Shown here: positions 9,751-23,203 of the stretch, one piece after another
Layout of the letters: every line of letters starts with the position of its first letter
Numbering within the stretch: position 1 is the stretch's first letter
Origin: Phycisphaerae bacterium
GTDB lineage: Bacteria; Planctomycetota; Phycisphaerae; UBA1845; Fen-1342
Direction of reading: 5' to 3'
NCBI GenBank assembly: GCA_963675745.2
Contig: CAXXWX010000026.1
Span: forward strand, 416,001 to 480,000
Length of the DNA: 64,000 bases
Translations under genes and position numbers: made by a program
Notes under the pieces: generated by a model
Databases searched by the model: none
What the model was told of the DNA's origin: nothing
Seen by the model: only the letters and a program-made list of their open reading frames with translations

Positions 9751-11028
9751 ATGTTGGTCATGTCGGCGATGCCCGCGTCGGCCGCGCCGCCGCTCTCCTC
9801 GCCGGACCAGGCTTTCCTCACGCGCATGAGCCTGGCCGATGCGCATAGCAGTCTGGTTGAGGCCGTGTTGGCGCTGCCGCTGAAGGACGGTGCCACGATC
9901 GGCACGTGGTTGGCCGGCAACGTCGCCTTGGACCGGGCCCTGCGCCTGGAATTGCGTTCGCGGCCATGCCACGGCCCCGTACGCATTTATGGCGATGGAA
10001 CGGCCGAAGCCGATCTGATGATCCCGCCGGATGAAGTCGTGGAGTTGCTTGTCACGTTGCAGCAGAAGTACGCGCCCCCGCGGCAGCAGGCCCTTACTCA
10101 ACGCACGCTGCACGCCGCGGCGAGACAATGGCCCTTTGTGTGGAGCACCGGCGTGGCGGCGCTCGATGAGCGTGTGGATGATTCAGCCAAGCCGGAAGGT
10201 TGGCAGGATGTCGCGCCTGAAGGGCTCGAGCTGGCGCGCCGCGCGGCGACCGCCGACGCATTGCAGGCCCTGCTGGACAGCGCAGCACAACTGAAAATAA
10301 CCAGCGCGCGCCGTCTGGCGGAATTTCTCGACCACGGACGCGAGATTCGTCAAGCGGTCCTGGCCGGCCTCGCCGACACCGCCACCCAGTCCGTGTCGCT
10401 GGACCCGGACCAGGTTGCCACGGCGACGGCGGAAATTCGCGTGCCGGATCTGATTCGCATCCTCTCCGAGGTTCATCGGGATCACTATGACGGCCACGAG
10501 TTCCACGCGGCGGACTTTCGCGAGATGGCTCTGCTGGTTAACGCCACGACCATCTCCGCTACGGGGCTGGCCACGCCACCCCCACGGCACATCTTGCGAT
10601 CGGCATACGAATCACGCGAGCTTGATGTGCCCAGGTGGGCCGACGGCCTGGTGCGCGCCACCGGCCGGTACGTGCCAAGTGTCGCCGTTGCTGACCCGCC
10701 GATGGATGCCCGGATTCAGGCGGCCCGTTACGACGGCATGGATCGTTTGCGGCAACAGGTCGTCAAACTGGTGATTCGCAACGGAGTTACCATCGAGGCC
10801 TTTCTGGCCGAGCGACCGGAGTTAAAAGAAGACGTGGTGATGTTCCTCACCGCGGCACGGATGGTCGCCGTGGCTGAACCGACACCCGATGGCGTGATTG
10901 CCGTCCGGGTCGAATTGCCGATGCGGCGATTGTGGGAGATTGTCAAGCGCGGGATGCGCCGCATCGAAGTCGACCCGCCCGAGGCCGCCGTGGATCAGCC
11001 CACGCCTGACGCAGAGGTGCAGCCATGA
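9751..11028 (+). CDS. exported LPP20-like repeat protein, paralog of the upstream gene (start uncertain)
   Basis: ARRAATADALQALLDSAAQLKITSARRLAEFL matches upstream repeats; the track's extension from 9538 runs through a REP. Confidence 0.7.
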   Translation: MLVMSAMPASAAPPLSSPDQAFLTRMSLADAHSSLVEAVLALPLKDGATIGTWLAGNVALDRALRLELRSRPCHGPVRIYGDGTAEADLMIPPDEVVELLVTLQQKYAPPRQQALTQRTLHAAARQWPFVWSTGVAALDERVDDSAKPEGWQDVAPEGLELARRAATADALQALLDSAAQLKITSARRLAEFLDHGREIRQAVLAGLADTATQSVSLDPDQVATATAEIRVPDLIRILSEVHRDHYDGHEFHAADFREMALLVNATTISATGLATPPPRHILRSAYESRELDVPRWADGLVRATGRYVPSVAVADPPMDARIQAARYDGMDRLRQQVVKLVIRNGVTIEAFLAERPELKEDVVMFLTAARMVAVAEPTPDGVIAVRVELPMRRLWEIVKRGMRRIEVDPPEAAVDQPTPDAEVQP

Positions 11029-12188
11029 GAATCCTCACGCTGGTCGCGCTAGCCATCGCGGCTTGCGCTGCCACGCCGCTCAGCGCGCAAGACGATCAGC
11101 TCGTGAAAGTGCGTGTAAAGGCCGAGGGGCTCAGTCGCGACGATGCGATTCGTCAGGCCCTGCGCGCCGCGGTCGAACAGGGGGCCGGCGTGCGCATCGA
11201 GTCCTACAGCCAGACCGAAGACTTCGTGCTGGTTCGTGACACGATTTACAGCCGCGCGGCGGGCTTTGTCTCGGAATACGACGTTCTGGACGAGAAACCG
11301 GGGGCGGACGGCACGGTCGTGGTGGAAATCGAGGCCTTGGTTCGGGTCAATGGCGTCGTTGAAACCTGGGGGGCTGTGCAGCACCTGCTCGACCAGATGG
11401 GCCGGCCCAAGATGATGGTGCTGATCGACGAGTATGTTGACGGCAGGTTGCAAGCCGACTCGTTCGTCGCCGCCCGCATCGAGCAGATGTTCACTGAAGC
11501 GGGCTTTGAGATGGTCGAACGGAGCGCGATCGAGGAGTTGCGGCGCCGTGAAGACAATGAAGCCCGTCTCCGGGGCGATGACGGCAAGCTCCAGCGACTC
11601 GCCAAGGACGCCGGCGCGCACATCTTCATACGCGGTACGGCGCATGCCAATCCGGCCGGTCTGGAAGACCTCTATGGCGTGCCGGCCGCGTTTTACAACT
11701 GCGATGTGATCGCCAAGGCCTATTGGACCGATACCGGCAAGCTGATGACCACACAGTCGCTGCCCGTAACGCGCAAAGGCGTGCGCAGCCGCACGGCATT
11801 CAGCCCGCAGGCGGCCCGCGCCGCGCTCGTCGCCGCCACGTTCCCGGAACAACGGCGCGCCAATACTCCCACGCCGTTGGCGATTCGGCTGCGCGACGCC
11901 ATTCTGGAACAGTGGTCAACACAACTGACTGTCGGCGGTGACATCACGGTGGAACTCGCGGGCATGAATTTCGGCCGGTACAGCAAGATCAAGACGGCGC
12001 TCGCCGAGCATGAGCACATTGACGGCGTCAGCGGCGACCTGACGAATGGCACGGGCGTCTATCGCGTCACAACCAAGCTCTCGGCCGAATCGCTGGCGAA
12101 GCTGCTCAGCAAGCCGCCGTTCGATGACCTGATCGAGATCACCGACTTGAAGCCAAATCGGATTCAAGGCAAGGTCATGCGCCGCTGA
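11025..12188 (+). CDS. exported protein with FlgT N-terminal-like domain
   Basis: Signal peptide; AEGLSRDDAIRQALRAAVEQGAGVRIES...DTIYSRAAGFVSEY; ATGA overlap with previous gene. Confidence 0.7.
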   Translation: MRILTLVALAIAACAATPLSAQDDQLVKVRVKAEGLSRDDAIRQALRAAVEQGAGVRIESYSQTEDFVLVRDTIYSRAAGFVSEYDVLDEKPGADGTVVVEIEALVRVNGVVETWGAVQHLLDQMGRPKMMVLIDEYVDGRLQADSFVAARIEQMFTEAGFEMVERSAIEELRRREDNEARLRGDDGKLQRLAKDAGAHIFIRGTAHANPAGLEDLYGVPAAFYNCDVIAKAYWTDTGKLMTTQSLPVTRKGVRSRTAFSPQAARAALVAATFPEQRRANTPTPLAIRLRDAILEQWSTQLTVGGDITVELAGMNFGRYSKIKTALAEHEHIDGVSGDLTNGTGVYRVTTKLSAESLAKLLSKPPFDDLIEITDLKPNRIQGKVMRR

Positions 12189-12364
12189 ACGAGCGCGCAG
12201 TCGCCAGACAACCGACTGCGCCCGTCACCGCTGTGATACCTGCGATCCTCTGACGTTTGTGACTATCGCGGAATTGACGCCACGACCACCCTCGGCGACC
12301 GATGCGTTCGACGCGCACCGGCCACCGGGGTGGCAACCTGCCATGCATGATGCCGCGCGTGGGA

Positions 12365-14248
12365 TCAGCCGCCGCTCAGAATCGCCACGAACCCGTCGAT
12401 ATCACCGTTGTTGATAAGACCGTCTTGATTTACGTCGCAGTTGTTGATGTCGCAATCCGGATAGGCTGCCACGTACGCGACCGGATCGGTAACGGCGAGC
12501 ACGAAGGCATCGATATCACCGTTGTTGACCAGCCCGTCGCAGTTTGCGTCGCCGAGCAGCGCGGGCGGTGCTTCAAAGGCCTGGTAAACGCCTAGCTGTT
12601 TGACATCGACGAAGTCCTCGCCGCCACCGAGCAGATCCATTCCGTAGAGCCCAATACGATCGACGCTGGTCGGGTCAAAGTCGCCGGACTCGACGTAGGA
12701 GGACGGGTCTCCCGCGAGCGGCAGGATCTTCTGCGTCCACAGCGGATAGGCGGGATCATCCCACTGCGTGCCATAGATGAGTCCGTAGTCTCGGCTGCCG
12801 AGCGGGGTACCGTCGGTTGCCAGGTCGTACAGGCGCACCCCGATGGGCGCATCCACATACGGGTCCGGATTAGTCTCGGCGTCCTGGTAGTAGCGTAGTT
12901 CAGCCCGCAGGTTGGTAGTCGGATCGCTCACATCGACCGCACCGATCCCCGCCGCGTTGAGATCGACGTATGGTCCTTCAAAGGGCCCAGGGGGCACGAG
13001 CGACAGGCGCGTGAAGCCTTCCATCTCCGGCACACCATCTGCGAAAATCTCCAGCGGCATACCCAGCGGCGAGAAGATCGCGTCAACCGTAGGATGCGCG
13101 GGATCAAGATTGAGCTGCTCGTCCATCGCGACATATGCCAACGTAACGTCCGTACCGCCGACTTCGGCTTGTGCCTCGCCGTTGCCGTTCATGTTGATCT
13201 CGACGTCGAGGTCGTGTCCATCGAAATCTCCCAAGTCATAGTCGAAATCGGTGCTGATCGGAAACGGTATTGTGAGCGGCAGCGCGGTGCCGACCGGTGG
13301 CAGTACGCCGGCGTAGGCGTCGGTCGCGACCGATTCGGTCACAACACCATTCTCGGTCACGAGCTTGACGTAGCCGTTGGGCGTAGTAAACGGGCTGGTC
13401 AGGTCGACTTCGAAAACGACGTCGGTGTCGGCCCCGATTTCGAGGATATCGGCTTCCCAGCCAAACTCGCTGAGCGGATTGCCAGGCGCAGCCGAGCGCG
13501 CGTCGACCTTGATCGACAGCAGAGTTCCGTGAAAGACCTCACCGGTGACGAGGTCGGTTACGGTGTATTCGATCGGGTCACGTTGAGAGCTGGCAATGGT
13601 GCTGCCGTGAAGCTGATCGCGCACGGTACGCGTCCACTTGATCTGCCCGTTTCGCAGCAGGCGGCCGCCGCGGGCCTCGACTGCGGCCATGCTGAACGCA
13701 TAAGCCCGCGCGGAGCGCGCCGGCGGGCGAACCGCCTCAGCAAAACCCCAGCACTTGAGCTGCCCGCTCACTTTCGTGCCGGCGGCAAACGCGTCCACGC
13801 TGATCCGCGTGTTGGCTTCGGCTGACGAGGCGCAGGCGCCCTGTGCCGTGACCGTGTAGTCAGTTTGCGCAAACCCGGCGGCGGGAATCACGATCGACAC
13901 CGTGTTGGCCTCTACACCGCCACCCCCGGTGAGCTTATTGGTGCGGACGACGCCGCGGCGGCGTAGATAGTCGCGGCCGAGCTCCTGCCAGTCAGCCGGC
14001 TGACCGACCGGTCGCACGTCCCAGGAAGCGCAGTCTGGTTGAAACTCCTGGACCCAGGCATGGCAGTAATACTTCACCGTGACTTCAGGCACGACGCTTC
14101 CCCCCGGCTTCAGCTCGAAGTCGTGCTGCACGGGGCCATAGTCACGATGGACTATCTGGGCCGAGGCCGGCAACGCAGCCACAAGCGCGGCAATGAGAAT
14201 AGTGGCAGTGGGCAACGCGGCAATGCGACAGTGTGCTTTCGTCAACAT
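12365..14248 (-). CDS. secreted protein with C-terminal dockerin-like domain
   Basis: Signal peptide; LGDANCDGLVNNGDIDAFV...CDVNQDGLINNGDIDGFV duplicated Ca-binding loops; SD GGGAG. Confidence 0.85.
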   Translation of the reverse strand: MLTKAHCRIAALPTATILIAALVAALPASAQIVHRDYGPVQHDFELKPGGSVVPEVTVKYYCHAWVQEFQPDCASWDVRPVGQPADWQELGRDYLRRRGVVRTNKLTGGGGVEANTVSIVIPAAGFAQTDYTVTAQGACASSAEANTRISVDAFAAGTKVSGQLKCWGFAEAVRPPARSARAYAFSMAAVEARGGRLLRNGQIKWTRTVRDQLHGSTIASSQRDPIEYTVTDLVTGEVFHGTLLSIKVDARSAAPGNPLSEFGWEADILEIGADTDVVFEVDLTSPFTTPNGYVKLVTENGVVTESVATDAYAGVLPPVGTALPLTIPFPISTDFDYDLGDFDGHDLDVEINMNGNGEAQAEVGGTDVTLAYVAMDEQLNLDPAHPTVDAIFSPLGMPLEIFADGVPEMEGFTRLSLVPPGPFEGPYVDLNAAGIGAVDVSDPTTNLRAELRYYQDAETNPDPYVDAPIGVRLYDLATDGTPLGSRDYGLIYGTQWDDPAYPLWTQKILPLAGDPSSYVESGDFDPTSVDRIGLYGMDLLGGGEDFVDVKQLGVYQAFEAPPALLGDANCDGLVNNGDIDAFVLAVTDPVAYVAAYPDCDINNCDVNQDGLINNGDIDGFVAILSGG

Positions 14249-14671
14249 GTTATTCTCCCTGATCTTTGACCAGCGGCGTGCATATCACGTCGCTCGAACC
14301 ATCTGAAGATGTCAGTGCGAACCATGCGGCCAGCGTCGCTGACAACGCCGCAGTCGTTCGTACCGGCTTAGATAGAGACGAATTAGCACTTGTTTGACTT
14401 GCGCTGTCGGATTTGGCGCCTGATAAGGGATAATCCGGAGGAGTGTTAATGCAGTACCAGCGGAACGAAACCAATCCGCGTGGCCGGCGTGATCAGGGCG
14501 ACAACGACTGGAGCGCGTGATCGATGTAGGCCTGACGTGCGCGCGCCTGCTCAATCACACCAGCCACATACAGTGGTCAGCACGGGTCGCCAGACGAGCC
14601 TACACCGTTCGTACGGCTGGCGGGTGTACACGCGGCTCTTGACGCTCGTCAGGCGACGCGGGCGCCGGCCG

Positions 14672-18667
<3,996 letters not shown>

Positions 18668-18741
18668 TCATATCCAGCGGGGTGCGGCCAGGTGGCGTGC
18701 CGGCATCACCGGCATGGGATGCCGCGGCCAGGAGATACGCT

Positions 18742-19548
18742 ATGCGCGTGCTGATAGCAGTCACCGCGATTGTCACGCTGACCACCGGATGTGCGTCGCC
18801 CGGCCGAACCGCCGCCGGAGGACAGGCCGACCAGCCGCGGCGTTATGTGTGTCGCCAGGCACTCGGCCCGATTCAGATCGACGGTCGCATCAACGACCAG
18901 GCCTGGGCCGCCGCACCATGGACCGCCCTGTTCGTTGACATAGAAGGCAGCGCGAAGCCACCGCCGCGCTACGCAACGCGCGTAAAGATGCTCTGGGATG
19001 ATGAGTGCTTTTACATCGCGGCACTGCTCGAAGAACCACACGTCTGGGGACACTTAACCCAACATGACCAGATCGTCTTCAACGACAACGACTTCGAGAT
19101 TTTCATCGACCCCGACGGCGATACGCGCGAGTATTACGAGATCGAGGTAAACGCGCTCAACACCATCTTCGACCTCTTCCTGGTGCGCACGTACATTGAC
19201 GGCGGGCCGGCGCTGCACGCCTGGGACTGCAAGGGCATGCGCAGCGCCGTGTTTGTCGATGGCACGCTCAACAACCCGGCCGACCGCGACCGCGGCTGGT
19301 CGATAGAGTTCGCCATCCCCTGGAAGACGCTCGCCGAAGCGGCCCATAGGTCCAGCCCTCCCGAGGATGGCGACATCTGGCGCGTGAACTTCTCGCGCGT
19401 CGAGTGGCGTTGTGCGATTGCCGGCGGGCGGTACGCCAAGGTGCCGAACATGCCCGAAGACAACTGGGTCTGGTCGCCGCAGGGCAAGGTCAATATGCAC
19501 CTTCCGGAACATTGGGGCTACGTTCGGTTTGCCGCCCGACCCGATTGA
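18742..19548 (+). CDS. CBM9-like carbohydrate-binding lipoprotein
   Basis: Lipobox-like LTTGC; IDG..DQAW, LWDD, FEIFIDPDGD..YYEIEVN, WRVNFSR, NWVWSPQG..NMHLPEHWG. Confidence 0.85.
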   Translation: MRVLIAVTAIVTLTTGCASPGRTAAGGQADQPRRYVCRQALGPIQIDGRINDQAWAAAPWTALFVDIEGSAKPPPRYATRVKMLWDDECFYIAALLEEPHVWGHLTQHDQIVFNDNDFEIFIDPDGDTREYYEIEVNALNTIFDLFLVRTYIDGGPALHAWDCKGMRSAVFVDGTLNNPADRDRGWSIEFAIPWKTLAEAAHRSSPPEDGDIWRVNFSRVEWRCAIAGGRYAKVPNMPEDNWVWSPQGKVNMHLPEHWGYVRFAARPD

Positions 19549-19576
19549 GCGCCGCGGGCTCTGTTGAGTCTATGCC

Positions 19577-21580
19577 ATGCACATGCACTGGATTGACTGG
19601 GGCATCGTCGCGGCCCTGCTGGGTGTGCTCATCTGGGGCGCCGCCACCACCAGACGCCATGCGCGCAGCGTCTCCGGTTTCCTGGTGGCGCAACGTTGTG
19701 GCGGCCGTTACATCATCGCCGTGGCCGACAACATGGCGCAGCTCGGCGTCATCTCGCTGGTGTGGTTTTTTGAGCTGAACTACCAGGTCGGATTCACCTC
19801 GCTCTGGTGGGGGTTGATGGAGGGGCCGGCGGCGATTGTCATGGCGCTGTCCGGGTGGGTCATCTACCGTTTTCGCCAGACGCGCGCCCTCACGCTGGCG
19901 CAGTTCTTCGAGATGCGCTACAGCCGCAACCTGCGCATATTCGCCGGCCTGGTCGCATATCTGGCCGGGATCATCAACTTCGCGATTTTTCCATCAGTCG
20001 GCGCCCGGTTCTTCATCGCACTCTGCGGACTCCCGGAGCAGGTCGCCTTCGCCGGCATCGAGGTGGGAATGTACCCGCTGATGATGATCCTGCTGCTGGC
20101 CATCTCACTGGTGTTGCTGCTGGCCGGCGGGCAGATCGCGGTCATGGTGACGGATTTCCTCCAGGGCGTTTTCTGCAACGTCGTGTTCATCGTGTTGACC
20201 GTGTTCCTGCTGATGACGTTCGGCTGGGACCGCATTTCGGACACGCTGCTGGCGGCGCCGCCCGGACAATCTTTGGTGAACCCGTTCGACATCGGGGCGG
20301 AAAAGCACTTCGACTTCTGGTACTACGCCATCGGCGTGCTGATCCTGTTCTATTGCGCCCAGGGTTGGCAGGGGACGCAAGGTTACAAATGCTCGGCGCT
20401 CAACGCCCACGAGGCCAAGATGGCCGGCATCATCGGGGCGTGGCGTTTCCGCGTGTTGATGCTGGTGGTGATCGTTGTGCCCATGTGCGTGCGGACGATG
20501 TTGCAGCACGCGGACTTCACCGAACAGGCGGCGGTGGTGCAGGCGTCGCTTCACGGGGTAACGTCTGAGGCGCTGCGGAATCAGCTCCGCACGCCGATAG
20601 CCTTGGCGGTTCTGCTCCCGGCGGGCCTGCTGGGCGCGGTTTGCGCAGCGATGCTCGGGGCGTTCATCAGCACGCACGACTCCTACCTGCACTCCTGGGG
20701 CGCCATTCTGGTGCAGGATGTGATTCTCCCGCTGCGCAGGCGTCCATTAACGCCGCGGCAGCACCTGCTGTGGCTGCGCGTCTCGATTTTCGCCGTCGCA
20801 GTCTTCATTTTCCTGGTCAGCCTGTTCTTTCATCACGCGCAGTACATCGCGATGTTCTGCGCGCTGACGGCTTCGGTCTTTGTGGCCGGCGCCGGATCAG
20901 TCATCATCGGCGGGCTGTATTGGAAACGCGGCACGACGGCCGGCGCGTGGGCGGCGATGATCACCGGCATGTACGCGGCGCTGGCGGGAATTGTGATCAA
21001 GCAGATTAGTCCCATATTACTCATCGTCATTGGGAAACTCCCGCTGGCGGGGCCGTTCGCACGGACGCTCCACTGGCTGCGCGAGCACCTGACCGGCCAG
21101 GAGATGAGCTTCTTCGCGATCGTGCTGGCCGTCACGGTCTACGTGCTGGTCTCGCTGCTGGGCCCGCGGTCGGTACACGACATGGACCGCCTGCTTCATC
21201 GCGGCAAGTACGCCTCCGCCGGCGAGACCGCCACTTCCTTCCGCGATGCCACCACCTGGCTGCAACGGCTCGGCTTTACGCGCGATTTCACCGGCACCGA
21301 CCGCGTAATCACCTACATCACGGTCGGCTGGCCGCTGGTATGGACGGTGATCTTCATCGTCGGCACGGGTTACTGTCTCACGTACGGCGCATCGGCGGCC
21401 GCGTGGATGACCTATTGGCGCTGGTGGACCTGGTTCATCCTCGCCTGCGGCGTCGTGGTGACTGTCTGGTTCACAATCGGCGGCGTGCGCGACATGCGCC
21501 GCCTCTACCGCGAACTGGGCACCCGGCGCATCGACACGACCGACGACGGCCGCGTGGCCGAATCCGCGTCGAGCGCGTAG
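19577..21580 (+). CDS. sodium:solute symporter family protein
   Basis: IDWGIV start, TLAQFFEMRY, GAFISTHDS, GLYWKRGTTAGA; many TM segments. Confidence 0.9.
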   Translation: MHMHWIDWGIVAALLGVLIWGAATTRRHARSVSGFLVAQRCGGRYIIAVADNMAQLGVISLVWFFELNYQVGFTSLWWGLMEGPAAIVMALSGWVIYRFRQTRALTLAQFFEMRYSRNLRIFAGLVAYLAGIINFAIFPSVGARFFIALCGLPEQVAFAGIEVGMYPLMMILLLAISLVLLLAGGQIAVMVTDFLQGVFCNVVFIVLTVFLLMTFGWDRISDTLLAAPPGQSLVNPFDIGAEKHFDFWYYAIGVLILFYCAQGWQGTQGYKCSALNAHEAKMAGIIGAWRFRVLMLVVIVVPMCVRTMLQHADFTEQAAVVQASLHGVTSEALRNQLRTPIALAVLLPAGLLGAVCAAMLGAFISTHDSYLHSWGAILVQDVILPLRRRPLTPRQHLLWLRVSIFAVAVFIFLVSLFFHHAQYIAMFCALTASVFVAGAGSVIIGGLYWKRGTTAGAWAAMITGMYAALAGIVIKQISPILLIVIGKLPLAGPFARTLHWLREHLTGQEMSFFAIVLAVTVYVLVSLLGPRSVHDMDRLLHRGKYASAGETATSFRDATTWLQRLGFTRDFTGTDRVITYITVGWPLVWTVIFIVGTGYCLTYGASAAAWMTYWRWWTWFILACGVVVTVWFTIGGVRDMRRLYRELGTRRIDTTDDGRVAESASSA

Positions 21581-21617
21581 CAGGCCCCAAAGCTCACAAT
21601 CCGCTGGTGCTCGCTGT

Positions 21618-21759
21618 GCGCTGGCGCGAGATTCCCATCGTGCGCTGGTGCGAGATTCCCATCTCGCACCCACACACGCAGGATTCCCATCCTGCACCCT
21701 CAAGTCGCGGGAATGGATTCCCGCAACAGGACGTGCGAGAAAGGATTCTCGCACGAGCG
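21618..21759. repeat. REP family C composite (four hairpins), left copy
   Basis: GGTGCGAGAT-TCCC-ATCTCGCACC, GCAGGAT-TCCC-ATCCTGC, GCGGGAAT-GG-ATTCCCGC, CGTGCGAGAA-AGGA-TTCTCGCACG. Confidence 0.85.
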
Positions 21760-21835
21760 AGAGCACGAACGAGCGCGAATTCGCGCAAGACGCCGTGACA
21801 AACCGCGATACGGAGCGCAATCTACTGAACAAGCC

Positions 21836-22044
21836 GGGAGACGGGAGCGGCCACGGCGGCATCGCCGCTCTGGTTCCGCGTGTTACCCTCCCTACTGGTT
21901 ATGCGACCTATGCGCCAGCATGAGGGTTCGACTCCCTACAGTTCTGTCTCAGGGGACCGGCGGCGACGCAACGAGCTTTCGGCCTTGAAGGTTAAGACCT
22001 CCGCCGAGACCTTGTGGTCCCTTGGGACAGGACATTTCGGAGGT
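21836..22044 (+). ncRNA. candidate structured cis-regulatory or Y-RNA-like RNA upstream of the slipin gene
   Basis: Stem 21838-46/21942-50; T-arm AGGG-TTCGACT-CCCT 21923-37; alternative 18-bp stem 21941-58/22016-33; anti-SD ACCTCCG 21997-22003. Confidence 0.5.
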
Positions 22045-22049
22045 GCGAC

Positions 22050-22832
22050 ATGGAAAACGTATTGACGATTCTCGGCGTTATCGTGTTGGCGATCCTCCTC
22101 GCACTGGCGGTGAGACGCATAACCGTACTGGAGTACGAAAGGGGGCTGAAGTACACGAGAGGAAAGTTCAGATCAGTGTTGCAGGCTGGACAATATTGGT
22201 ACGTGCCTTTCTTCACGATCATCCGGAAGCTCGATGTTCGCCAGCGGTTCGTTTCCATCACGGGGCAGGAGGTGCTGAGTTCTGATGGTGTCACGCTGAA
22301 GGTCAGCCTGGCAGCCAACTTTGAGATCACTGATCCGAGCATCGCCGTGAACAAGGTGAAGGGCTTTGAGGAAGCCCTCTATCTCGAGCTCCAACTCGCG
22401 CTGCGTGAGATCATCGGAGCGACAGATATCGACACGGTGCTGAGTAGCCGGAACGAGCTATCGGGGAAGCTCATGACGATCACAGAGCCCAAGGTTGGGG
22501 AGTTCGGGTTGAGGCTGATCTCGGTCAACTTGAAAGACATCATGTTTCCCGGAAAGCTGAAGGAGATCTTCGCCCAGGTCGTCAATGCCAAGCAGGCGAG
22601 CCTGGCCGCTCTTGAGGAAGCGCGAGGAGAGACAGCCGCCCTCCGCAGTCTGGCGAACGCCGCCAGGATGATGGAAGACAATCCCAACCTGATGCAGCTT
22701 CGGTTGGTGCAGGCACTCGGCGAGACATCTGGAAACACACTCGTTTTTGGAATGCCGTCGCAGTCAATCCCGGTTCCCGTCGCAAAGGAGCGGCCAACCG
22801 GGAAACCCAAGCGGAAACCGACAAAGGAATGA
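22050..22832 (+). CDS. slipin / SPFH (Band 7) family protein
   Basis: SD GGAGG; EYERGL, GQEVLSSDGVTLKVSL, LKDIMFPG, ARGETAALRSLANAARMMEDNPNLMQLR. Confidence 0.9.
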   Translation: MENVLTILGVIVLAILLALAVRRITVLEYERGLKYTRGKFRSVLQAGQYWYVPFFTIIRKLDVRQRFVSITGQEVLSSDGVTLKVSLAANFEITDPSIAVNKVKGFEEALYLELQLALREIIGATDIDTVLSSRNELSGKLMTITEPKVGEFGLRLISVNLKDIMFPGKLKEIFAQVVNAKQASLAALEEARGETAALRSLANAARMMEDNPNLMQLRLVQALGETSGNTLVFGMPSQSIPVPVAKERPTGKPKRKPTKE

Positions 22833-22850
22833 CCGGACGCCGACGCTGCA

Positions 22851-23198
22851 CGCTGGTGCGAGATTCCCATCGACGCTCGCACCCACACACGCAGGGTGGG
22901 CGCTGGTGCGAGATTCCCATCTCGCACCCACACACGCAGGGTGGGCGCTGGTGCGAGATTCCCATCTCGCACCCAACACCTGCAGGATTCCCATCCTGCA
23001 CCCTCAAGTCGCGGGAGTGGACTCCCGCGGCGGGACGTGCGAGAAAGGATTCTCGCACGAGCGTGTGAGCGTGAAATCGATAAAGGAATAACAGTTGCGT
23101 AGGGTCGGACGCTGGTGCGAGATTCCCATCGACGCTGGGGCGCTGGTGCGAGATTCCCATCTCGCACCCACACACGCGGGATTCCCATCCTGCATCCT
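22851..23198. repeat. REP family C tandem array plus right copy of the four-hairpin composite (22945-23063)
   Basis: ~45-bp units CGCTGGTGCGAGATTCCCATCTCGCACCCACACACGCAGGGTGGG; further units at 23110-23198. Confidence 0.85.
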
Positions 23199-23203
23199 CT
23201 AGT

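Noticed and set aside
21880..21945. Possible tRNA gene around GGTTCGACTCCC
   Set aside because: No canonical D-arm, anticodon arm or 7-bp acceptor spacing; kept only as a tRNA-like element in a larger leader.
22851..22980. Palindromic repeats with regular spacing resembling a CRISPR array
   Set aside because: The spacers are identical and only ~16 bp, there are three units, the same palindrome is dispersed nearby, and no cas genes are present; it is a REP array.
21594..23195. Small ORFs with repeated MGISHQR / WESRTS peptides
   Set aside because: Translations of REP family C repeats, not credible proteins.
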